Origin: an uncultured Eubacteriales bacterium
GTDB taxonomy: Bacteria > Bacillota > Clostridia > Peptostreptococcales > Anaerovoracaceae
DNA: 44,345 nucleotides
Assembly: GCA_902790965.1 (NCBI GenBank)
Contig: CADAUB010000001.1
Coordinates: 1-44,345 of the forward strand
Direction of reading: 5' to 3'
Shown: positions 35,960-43,450 of the stretch, in pieces
Layout: every line of letters begins with the position of its first letter
Numbering within the stretch: the stretch's first letter is position 1
Notes under the pieces: generated by a model
Told to the model about the DNA's origin: nothing
Databases searched by the model: none
The model's input: only the letters and a program-made list of their open reading frames with translations
Translations under genes and position numbers: made by a program

Positions 35960-38242
35960 TTACAGTCTGATTCCTTCGTCCTCTCTTCTCTTCTTGGAGG
36001 ATCTGTTTCTGGCCCTTTCAGCCTTCTGTCTGTTTTCTTCGTACTTCGATATACCGTTCTTCTTTGTCAGCTCATAGAAGAGTGGGCTGCAGAGGAATAC
36101 CGATGAATATGTACCTACGAATACACCGATCATAAGAGGAATAAGGAATGCGCGAAGCTCGCTGCTTGCCATGATGAACAGTGGCACCATTGAAAACAGT
36201 GTTGTGAGCGATGTCATCATAGTTCTTGACAGTGTCTGGTTGATGCTGTCGTTGATGAGCTGAGCGCCCTGTTTTCTCTTATAGAACTTCGTGTTTTCTC
36301 TTATACGGTCGAATACTACGATAGTGTCGTTTATCGAGTATCCTACTACTGTGAGGATACCTGCGATGAACGGGTTGTTGATCGTGATCCTGAAGATAGC
36401 GTAAATCGACAGTGTTACGAGCACGTCGTGCGCGAGGCCGGCAACGGCTGCCAGGCCGTATGTCCATTCCTTGAACCTGAATCTGATGTAAATGAGCATG
36501 CAGATCGCGGCGATAATGATGGACTTGATCGCGTTGCTTCTGAGGTCTTTACCTACAGTTGGACCGAACTCCTCAGATGCGAGTACATCGCTGTCATCAA
36601 ATCCATATTTTTCCTGGAGAGTATCGACTACAGCGGTACGCTCGTCGGATTTTAGGTCTTTGATAGTCCTGATGATTATCTGCGAATTATTGTCTGTAGC
36701 GTATACGATGGTTGGATCAAGATCGTATTCCGCGATAGTTTCCTTGACTTCGTCAATGGTTACTTCCTGTCCAAGCTCGATCTGCATCATAGTACCGCCT
36801 GTGAAGTCGATACCGTAATTGAAGCCTTTGACAAGTGAGAAGCCGAGACCAATGATGATGACGCAAGCGCTTATGGCGTAGAACTTCTTTCTGTTCTCGA
36901 TGAACTTGACGTTCCACTTCCAGTTGAATCTTGGAGTGCCATCCTCTTTGATGCCGAAGTACTTGTTATGTCCGAATTTCTTGCTCTCAGCAAGGAGATT
37001 TACGAAGAGCTGTGTGATGAATACAGCGGTGATAACGGACATTACAGTACCGATCATCAGTGTAAGAGCGAAGCCCTTGACGGAAGTCGTTCCGAATATG
37101 TAGAGCACGAACGCGGCTACGAGTGTTGTAGTCTGTGAGTCGACTACAGTTGAAAGAGCTGCGTGGTAACCAGTGTCAACAGCGACTCTGATAGTTTTGC
37201 CCTTTTGTATCTCTTCACGTATACGGGTGAAGATGATGACGTTGGAGTCTACCGCCATACCGATCGACAGGATGATACCGGCGATACCAGGAAGCGTGAG
37301 TACGGATCCGATACCTGCCATGATCCAGAGCACGAGCTGTACGTACAGAAGAAGCGCGGCGTCTGCAACGAGACCGAGCATGCCATACGCTAATACCATA
37401 AGTACAAGTACGAGCCCGAGTCCGATAGCACCTGCTTTAACGGAAAGCTGGAGAGCGTTGGCTCCGATAGTAGCAGTCTGTACAGACGAGTTGATCTCTG
37501 TCAGATTTGCAGGGAGAGCACCACCTCTGATAAGAGCGGAAAGCTGTGAAGCCTCTGTCTCAGTGAATCCGCCCGGCCTTGTGATCTCGCAGGATCTGGA
37601 GTTGATCTTCTCGCTTACTGTAGGAGCTGAGATTACTTCATCGTCGAGCGCGATGACGATAGCGTTTTCCGATACCGGGTTGCCTTCTTCGTCAGTCATA
37701 GTTGACTCGACTCCGGCAACGGCCTTTTCAGTAGCTTCGGCGAAAAGGTTTGATCCTTCGTTTGTAAAGTCGATAGTGATCTTATATCCGCCGTTTTCGG
37801 TATCCGTAGCGATCTGTGAATCGCTGATACCTTCACCTGTAAGAGCCAGAGTGTTGTCAGGCAGGTAGAACTGGAGCTGAGCTGTACGGCCGATCTGCTT
37901 GATAGCCGCTTCAGCGTCCTCTACTCCCGGCATCTCTACTCTGATGCGGTTAGTGCCTTCGATCGAGACCTGAGCCTCGCTGATACCCATGGCGTTGACA
38001 CGATTTTCGAGCACGCTCTTTGTCTGGTTCATGATAGCTGTAAGCTCAGTGCCTGTTTCTTTTGTATCAGCTTCGAGGAGTACGTATACACCTCCGTTGA
38101 TATCAAGTCCGTATTTCAACTGCTTGCCGAGATTTCCGAACTTGTCGCCCACTCCGGTAAACGAGATGACCCATGACGCGATGAGCACGATAATTACCAG
38201 AACGGCCAATACTTTTCTTCTTCCTGTTCTTTTGGAATCCAT
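35960..38242 (-). CDS. secDF: Fused protein-export membrane protein SecDF
   Basis: 760 aa with two 6-TM SecD/SecF modules and a large first periplasmic loop. Basic C-terminal tail (RQKAERARNRSSKKRRED). Confidence 0.95.
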   Translation of the reverse strand: MDSKRTGRRKVLAVLVIIVLIASWVISFTGVGDKFGNLGKQLKYGLDINGGVYVLLEADTKETGTELTAIMNQTKSVLENRVNAMGISEAQVSIEGTNRIRVEMPGVEDAEAAIKQIGRTAQLQFYLPDNTLALTGEGISDSQIATDTENGGYKITIDFTNEGSNLFAEATEKAVAGVESTMTDEEGNPVSENAIVIALDDEVISAPTVSEKINSRSCEITRPGGFTETEASQLSALIRGGALPANLTEINSSVQTATIGANALQLSVKAGAIGLGLVLVLMVLAYGMLGLVADAALLLYVQLVLWIMAGIGSVLTLPGIAGIILSIGMAVDSNVIIFTRIREEIQKGKTIRVAVDTGYHAALSTVVDSQTTTLVAAFVLYIFGTTSVKGFALTLMIGTVMSVITAVFITQLFVNLLAESKKFGHNKYFGIKEDGTPRFNWKWNVKFIENRKKFYAISACVIIIGLGFSLVKGFNYGIDFTGGTMMQIELGQEVTIDEVKETIAEYDLDPTIVYATDNNSQIIIRTIKDLKSDERTAVVDTLQEKYGFDDSDVLASEEFGPTVGKDLRSNAIKSIIIAAICMLIYIRFRFKEWTYGLAAVAGLAHDVLVTLSIYAIFRITINNPFIAGILTVVGYSINDTIVVFDRIRENTKFYKRKQGAQLINDSINQTLSRTMMTSLTTLFSMVPLFIMASSELRAFLIPLMIGVFVGTYSSVFLCSPLFYELTKKNGISKYEENRQKAERARNRSSKKRREDEGIRL

Positions 38243-38285
38243 TTTGAATCGATACCTCTCTTAGTGTTAACTGTGTTAAAAGCGC

Positions 38286-38313
38286 ATAATACACCTTTAT
38301 AAAAATTATTCAA
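38286..38313 (-). promoter_or_regulatory. Candidate SigA promoter for secDF and the downstream gene run
   Basis: On the minus strand, TTGAAT (38308-38313) and TATTAT (38286-38291) are separated by a 16-nt spacer. Located between the yajC terminator and the secDF start. Confidence 0.4.
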
Positions 38314-38346
38314 TCTATTGTACTCGTTTAGACTTGATTTTTCAAT

Positions 38347-38380
38347 GAAAAAAGTACATCAGCGGCATGCACGGATGTAC
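38347..38380 (-). terminator. Rho-independent terminator after yajC
   Basis: GTACATC (38354-38360) pairs with GATGTAC (38374-38380). On the minus strand TTTTTT follows (38348-38353). Confidence 0.7.
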
Positions 38381-38421
38381 TAATTTCGATACTGGATTAT
38401 GAGCCTTGAATATGCTCTGTT

Positions 38422-38865
38422 CTATTTGGCTTCAGCCTCTTCTTTGACCTCTACCTCAGCCTCTACCGGCTGCTCGACTTTCTCTTCTTTTTTGCCAAGC
38501 TTTTTAGGTGTGACGGTCTTGTCTCTGTTAGGAGCTTTCTTCTCCTCTTCGACTTTCTTTTCTTTATCTGCTTTAGCCTTTGGCTGCTCTTCAGCGCTTG
38601 CTCTGCCAACGCTTGCAACAGCTGTCTTGAGGAATTCGATCTTGTTCTTACCAGCTGTAGTAGAAATAACTACGCTCTTTTCGTTGATCTTTTCGATTTT
38701 GCCGATCACTCCACCGATAGTGATGATCTCATCGCCGACTTTGAGGCTTGCTCTCATTTCCTTGTCTGCTTTTTCTTTCTTCTTCTGTGGTCTGATCATC
38801 ATGAAGTAGATGAGCACCAACAGCGCAGTCATTAGAAGGATACTTGTAACTCCCTGCTGATCCAT
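38422..38865 (-). CDS. yajC: Preprotein translocase subunit YajC with a long Lys/Glu-rich C-terminal tail
   Basis: TM segment plus the YajC core MMIRPQKKKEKADKEMRASLKVGDEIITIGGVIGKI. SD AAAGGAG. About 55 extra low-complexity residues at the C-terminus. Confidence 0.92.
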   Translation of the reverse strand: MDQQGVTSILLMTALLVLIYFMMIRPQKKKEKADKEMRASLKVGDEIITIGGVIGKIEKINEKSVVISTTAGKNKIEFLKTAVASVGRASAEEQPKAKADKEKKVEEEKKAPNRDKTVTPKKLGKKEEKVEQPVEAEVEVKEEAEAK

Positions 38866-38909
38866 AATTTCTCCTTTGCTAGATAACTAGATAAAACGCT
38901 TAGTTAATA

Positions 38910-38996
38910 TGGTGCCGGCGGTGGGGGTCGAACCCACACGATATTGCTATCACGGGATTTTGAATCCCGCGCGTCTGCCAATTCCGCCACGCCGGC
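38910..38996 (-). tRNA. tRNA-Leu (anticodon CAA)
   Basis: Hand fold of the minus strand gives acceptor GCCGGCG/CGCCGGC and anticodon stem CGGGA/TCCCG with loop TTCAAAA. There is a long variable arm, T arm GTGGG-TTCGACC-CCCAC and an encoded CCA. Confidence 0.93.
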
Positions 38997-39018
38997 GCAT
39001 GGCTTATGGCGAAAAAAA

Positions 39019-39103
39019 TGGTGTGGATGACTGGACTCGAACCAGCACGGTTTCACCCACATGGCCCTCAACCATGCGCGTCTACCAATTCCGCCACATC
39101 CAC
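39019..39103 (-). tRNA. tRNA-Leu (anticodon GAG)
   Basis: Hand fold gives acceptor GTGGATG/CATCCAC and anticodon stem CATGG/CCATG with loop TTGAGGG. There is a long variable arm, T loop TTCGAGT and an encoded CCA. Confidence 0.92.
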
Positions 39104-39116
39104 ACGGCACTTATAC

Positions 39117-39144
39117 ATTATAGCGTCTAAAAATAGTTTTTCAA
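39117..39144 (-). promoter_or_regulatory. Near-consensus SigA promoter driving the tRNA-Leu pair
   Basis: On the minus strand, TTGAAA (39139-39144) and TATAAT (39117-39122) are separated by a 16-nt spacer. The -10 ends 13 nt before the first tRNA 5' end, and the -35 lies 4 nt past the coaE stop. Confidence 0.65.
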
Positions 39145-39147
39145 GTG

Positions 39148-39741
39148 TTATTTCAAAAAACTTTTTAAAGCTTTTTTTGTAGCGCTGTGTAACTCGTCTA
39201 GCGTGCCGTTATTGTATATAACGTAGTCTGCCCTGTTGATCTTGTACCGGTCAGACATCTGCTTTTCCATAATGCTTTCGATAACGGCATCTTCTAGACC
39301 ACTACGTTCTCTGATACGGCGCTTCCTTATCTCTGTATCAGTAACGACTACCCATACAGCGTCGTAATCCCCTTCTGTGCCCGTTTCAAACAGAAGCGGG
39401 ATATCGTAAAAGATGACTTCTTCGCCAGATAATTCGCTGCGTTCTCTGATCGCGGCAATATCGTCAAGCACAAGCCTTGTAGTGCACGATTCGTACAAGG
39501 CTTTCTTAGCGGGGTCGTTGTAGATCATTTCGCGCACGGCCGCCCTGTCAAGGCTTCCGTCTTCACGAAATAGCTGCTCGCCAAATTTGGCGCGAATAAG
39601 CGGAAGAGCTTTGCCGCCCTCCGCTGTCATCTCGCGCGATATCGCGTCAGCGTCTATTACTGTGTATCCAAGATCTCTTAGGTGATTCGAGACCTCTGTC
39701 TTGCCGGAGCCTATACCTCCGGTGATCGCGATATTAAGCAT
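39148..39741 (-). CDS. coaE: Dephospho-CoA kinase
   Basis: P-loop IAITGGIGSGKTEVS. polA-coaE order is typical. The ATG at 39741 is preceded by GAGGG. The track start at 39762 overlaps polA by 14 nt and lacks an SD. Confidence 0.9.
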   Translation of the reverse strand: MLNIAITGGIGSGKTEVSNHLRDLGYTVIDADAISREMTAEGGKALPLIRAKFGEQLFREDGSLDRAAVREMIYNDPAKKALYESCTTRLVLDDIAAIRERSELSGEEVIFYDIPLLFETGTEGDYDAVWVVVTDTEIRKRRIRERSGLEDAVIESIMEKQMSDRYKINRADYVIYNNGTLDELHSATKKALKSFLK

Positions 39742-39748
39742 ATTGCCC

Positions 39749-42409
39749 TCACTTAAGTTCATACCAGGTCTTGCCCGTATGTATGTCGCATACGAGATCG
39801 ACTGCCAGGTCGGCGGCGCCTTTCATGCAGTTATCTAGTATCTCTCGTACATCTTCCACTTCGCTGTCAGGGCCTTCCACAATGAGTTCGTCGTGGATCT
39901 GGAGTATCAGCTTCGATTCAAGGCCCCTCTTTCTTAGCTCGGTGGTCACGGAATTCATTGCTATCTTGATGATATCCGCCGCAGTGCCCTGTATAGGAGT
40001 GTTCATGGCAAGCCTTTTAGCGAGCTCCCTTTCCATGAATTTACGCGAAGCGAATTCAGGTATCTTTCTGATACGGCCGAAATACGTGCTCACCTGCCTG
40101 TCTGCTTCTCCTATCTCTATCTGCTTGTTGAGATAGTCTCTGACTGCGGTGTGCTTAGCAAAGTAATCGTTAATATACTTTTGCCCTTCGCTTCTGGATA
40201 TATGGAGACTTTCCCCGAGCCCAAAGCCGCTCATGCCATAGACGACACCGAAATTGACGGCCTTAGCCTTTGTTCTGTCAAGAGGCGTGACTTCGTCTTC
40301 CGGTATATCGAATACTCTTGAAGCCGTGGCTCTGTGTATATCATTGCCCGCCTTGAAGTCAGCAATCAGGGATTCGTCGCCCGATAAAGCAGCGAGTATC
40401 CTTAACTCTATCTGAGAGTAGTCAGAGCCAGTAAACGAGTGGCCTTCAGAAGCGATGAAGGCTTTGCGGATCAATCTTCCGTAATCGTCTCTGATAGGGA
40501 TATTTTGGAGATTAGGCTCGGTGCAGCTGAGGCGCCCTGTCGCGGCTACTGTCTGCATGAAATGAGGCCTTACCCTTCCGCCCTCGCCGATCAGAGGAAG
40601 CAAACCTTCGACATACGTGCTGTTCAGTTTGCTGAGTTTTCTGTACGAAAGCACGTCCTGAACTATCTTGTGATCATCCTTAAGCTTGTCGAGGACATCG
40701 GCAGCGGTTGAATAATTGCCGCTCTTGCCCTTTGAAGGCTTTGGATGAGGGATAGCCATCTCTTCGAAAAGTATGACGCCGAGTTGTTTAGGCGAGTTGA
40801 TATTGAACTCATGCCCTGCCTCGGCATATATCTCCTGCTCAAGCTTTGAAATGCCGTCTGTAAGCTCTGCCCCGATTCCCTTTAAAATATCCGGGTCGCA
40901 TTTGATCCCCTGATATTCCATGCGGGAAAGTGTCAGTACAAGTGGCATCTCACAGCCTCGGAAAAGTTCATAACTGCCGCTTTCTTTAAGGGCCTTTATC
41001 TGCTCAGCCCTCACCTTTGCCGAATAAAAAGCGCGCTTGAAACACTCTTCCTCGCTTAGGCTGAGTGAAGAAACAGACGAGGCATCCGAAAGAGCCTTCG
41101 CTTCATCCTCGGAAGCCGAATAGCTGCAATATCTTAGAAGCAATTTATCCAGAGGATATTTCTGCCTGTTGGCATCGAGAAGATACTCGGCAACGGCGCA
41201 GTCGTATTCCGGAATGTAATCCGCGTCGCACTTTGAAAGGAGCGAATAAAGGATGCGACCGAGCCCTGTGCCGCAAAGATGATAAGCCTTATCGGCAAGC
41301 TCAGATACAACCAGTGATACATCCATCGGTGTCAGTACGCGGTAAGCCCTTACTTTTTCAGCGTCGCTGTAAAGCGTGAGCGAAAATATCTCAGGATCTT
41401 TCAGATGATCGGCGTCACAGGCAGCTTCGATAAACACATCGCTTCCCTCTTTTACATTCGAGAAGAACTTTTCAAGGCTGACCGATTTGAGCGCTTCGAG
41501 TTCAGACGAGAAATCCGTGCCCGAATTAAGGCTTTCGGTATCATCCGAAGACGAGCCGCGTAGTTTTTTAAGGAAAGCATTGAACTCGAGCTCTGTATAA
41601 ATCTCTACGAGCTTAGGCATATCTGGCTCGGTATACTCGAGTTCTTCCCATGTGAATTCCACAGGAGACTCGGTGTTGATGGTGGCGAGCCACTTGGACA
41701 TGCGGGCGACTTCGATATTGTCTCTTAGCTTCTCGCCCATCTTGCCCTTTACCTCATCGGCATGATCAATGAGATTTTCAAGGCTGCCATACTCTTCAAG
41801 TAAAGCGATGCCCTTCTTTTCGCCTATTCCAGGGACTCCCGGGATATTGTCTGAACTGTCTCCCATGAGACCTTTGAGATCGATGAACTGCTTTGGTGTA
41901 AGATGGTAGCGCTCCTGCATCGCAGGGATATCATAGAGGTCAAACTCGCTCATTCCACGCTTGTTTATAAGCACGTGGACATGTTCGTCGACAAGCTGGA
42001 GTTCGTCTTTGTCACCCGAAATAACGAGCGTATCGATGCCTTCCTTGCTCGCCTTGGCGGCTACTGTGCCTATGATATCGTCAGCCTCGTATTTAGGAAG
42101 CTCGAGCACAGCGATATTCATCGCTTTAAGCACTTCGTGCATCATCGGTATCTGTGACAGAAGTTCAGGAGGAGTCTTCAGCCTGCCTGCCTTGTATTCG
42201 TCATATACGTCATGCCTGAAAGTGCCGCCCTTCATGTCGAAGGCGACAGCGATGTGCGTAGGCTCGTAGTCTGTGAGTATCTTGTTAAGCATATTAACAA
42301 AGGCAAACACACCCTGAGTGTGCATGCCTTTGGATGTAACCATCGGTCTCATGGCAAAGTACGCCCTAAAAAGCAGACTGTTGCCGTCGATTAATATGAG
42401 TTTTCTCAT
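39749..42409 (-). CDS. polA: DNA polymerase I
   Basis: 5' nuclease N-terminus (LILIDGNSLLFRAYFA). Polymerase motifs A (DYSQIELRILA), B (RTKAKAVNFGVVYGMS) and C (LQIHDELIVE). SD AGGAG. Confidence 0.98.
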   Translation of the reverse strand: MRKLILIDGNSLLFRAYFAMRPMVTSKGMHTQGVFAFVNMLNKILTDYEPTHIAVAFDMKGGTFRHDVYDEYKAGRLKTPPELLSQIPMMHEVLKAMNIAVLELPKYEADDIIGTVAAKASKEGIDTLVISGDKDELQLVDEHVHVLINKRGMSEFDLYDIPAMQERYHLTPKQFIDLKGLMGDSSDNIPGVPGIGEKKGIALLEEYGSLENLIDHADEVKGKMGEKLRDNIEVARMSKWLATINTESPVEFTWEELEYTEPDMPKLVEIYTELEFNAFLKKLRGSSSDDTESLNSGTDFSSELEALKSVSLEKFFSNVKEGSDVFIEAACDADHLKDPEIFSLTLYSDAEKVRAYRVLTPMDVSLVVSELADKAYHLCGTGLGRILYSLLSKCDADYIPEYDCAVAEYLLDANRQKYPLDKLLLRYCSYSASEDEAKALSDASSVSSLSLSEEECFKRAFYSAKVRAEQIKALKESGSYELFRGCEMPLVLTLSRMEYQGIKCDPDILKGIGAELTDGISKLEQEIYAEAGHEFNINSPKQLGVILFEEMAIPHPKPSKGKSGNYSTAADVLDKLKDDHKIVQDVLSYRKLSKLNSTYVEGLLPLIGEGGRVRPHFMQTVAATGRLSCTEPNLQNIPIRDDYGRLIRKAFIASEGHSFTGSDYSQIELRILAALSGDESLIADFKAGNDIHRATASRVFDIPEDEVTPLDRTKAKAVNFGVVYGMSGFGLGESLHISRSEGQKYINDYFAKHTAVRDYLNKQIEIGEADRQVSTYFGRIRKIPEFASRKFMERELAKRLAMNTPIQGTAADIIKIAMNSVTTELRKRGLESKLILQIHDELIVEGPDSEVEDVREILDNCMKGAADLAVDLVCDIHTGKTWYELK

Positions 42410-42651
42410 ATAGGTCTCCTGTTGAAGATCAAAAAGTATCTTTGTAATAAAAAACCCGGAATACCGTTTAAGCCTTTAATTGACGCCCTATCGTTTACGA
42501 TAAGGTGGGTACTCCCTGAGCCTGGCCTCTGTAGTCCGCTCTGAGCGGCTTTACATAACGCTTCCGCATCGGGATCCCTTTAAGTATGTGTAGGTTCAAT
42601 TATGAAGACTTTAACGCATACCCCAGGAAATGGAATTCATTATTTGACTGA

Positions 42652-43368
42652 TCAGATATCGAGATCGCAGTTGAAGTATACCTTCTGGACGTCGTCGTTG
42701 TCTTCGAGCGAAGTGATCAGTTTTGTAAGAGACTTGATAGCGCTTTCGTCTGAAACGTTAGCTTCCATCGAAGGGATCTGTTCTACCTCTGCCTCGAAGA
42801 TCTCATAGCCTGCGTCTTTGATCGCCTGATGAACGTCATTGAAAGCAGCCGGCTCTGTGCGGATCTCGAAGTTGTCGTCGTTGACGATCATATCATCAGC
42901 ACCGGCATCGAGAGCTACCATCATTACTTCATCTTCGTCGAGATCTTCGGAATCGATAACGATGACTCCCTTGCGGCTGAACATGTACGAAACGCAGCCA
43001 GGTGTACCGAGATTGCCGCCGTTCTTGTCGAATACGGACCTTACGAACGAAGCTGTACGGTTTTTGTTATCTGTAAGCGCTTCTACGATCACAGCGACAC
43101 CGCTTGGGCCATAACCTTCAAACTGAAGTTCTTCGTACGACTCACCACCGAGCTCTCCTGTACCCTTCTTGATAGCTCTGTTGATATTGTCGTTAGGCAT
43201 ACCGATCGACTTTGCCTTATCGATAGCCACTCTGAGTGAAGGGTTGAAGTCAGGATCGCCGCCGGCCTTGGCCGCAACGATGATCTGTCTTGAATACTTT
43301 GTGAACATCGCAGATCTCTTGGAATCCTGCGCTGATTTTCTGTTAGCTATTGTCCCGTGTCTGCCCAT
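42652..43368 (-). CDS. yebC: YebC/PmpR (TACO1) family protein
   Basis: N-terminus MGRHGTIANRKSAQDSKRSAMFTK. 238 aa. SD AAGGAGG at 8-nt spacing. Confidence 0.93.
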   Translation of the reverse strand: MGRHGTIANRKSAQDSKRSAMFTKYSRQIIVAAKAGGDPDFNPSLRVAIDKAKSIGMPNDNINRAIKKGTGELGGESYEELQFEGYGPSGVAVIVEALTDNKNRTASFVRSVFDKNGGNLGTPGCVSYMFSRKGVIVIDSEDLDEDEVMMVALDAGADDMIVNDDNFEIRTEPAAFNDVHQAIKDAGYEIFEAEVEQIPSMEANVSDESAIKSLTKLITSLEDNDDVQKVYFNCDLDI

Positions 43369-43421
43369 GGGAATACGCCTCCTTGTGTATTGATTATTCT
43401 TTTCTTGTTTTTGACACGCTT

Positions 43422-43450
43422 ATTATACGCCCGAGCCTATTCATCTTCAA
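43422..43450 (-). promoter_or_regulatory. SigA-type promoter for yebC
   Basis: On the minus strand, TTGAAG (43445-43450, inside the end of the upstream CDS) and TATAAT (43422-43427) are separated by a 17-nt spacer. Confidence 0.55.

Noticed and set aside
37173-37868. 231-aa plus-strand ORF antisense to secDF. Similar long antisense ORFs occur at 14127..14711, 24131..24685, 26857..27414 and 3207..3758.
   Set aside because: Each lies entirely inside a strongly supported minus-strand gene and has no SD. The Ser/Ala/Leu-rich low-complexity translations are typical of the mirror frame of a codon-biased gene. There is no independent support.
38880-38895. Tandem direct repeat TAGATAAC-TAGATAAA between tRNA-Leu(CAA) and yajC.
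   Set aside because: Only two 8-nt units are present. This is far too short for a CRISPR or iteron array and may be chance in AT-rich spacer. It is mentioned only as context for the tRNA-yajC junction.
38904-39130. Two ORFs (68 aa minus strand, 73 aa plus strand) in the track that cover the coaE-yajC gap.
   Set aside because: They coincide with two well-folding tRNA-Leu genes. The apparent reading frames are by-products of tRNA sequence.
42504-42516. GGTGGGTACTCCC on the plus strand loosely resembles the T-box core (GGGTGGTACCGCG).
   Set aside because: It is on the wrong strand for any downstream gene, since everything here is transcribed on the minus strand. The match is partial, and I found no Stem I/specifier or antiterminator architecture.
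42560-42635. Minus-strand strings GCGTTAAAG, GGGAT and GCGGAAGCG are reminiscent of parts of the THF riboswitch.
   Set aside because: I could not build the required P2/P3 helices or the pseudoknot pairing, and the downstream gene (polA) is unrelated to folate. I treat this as chance similarity unless a covariance-model search says otherwise.
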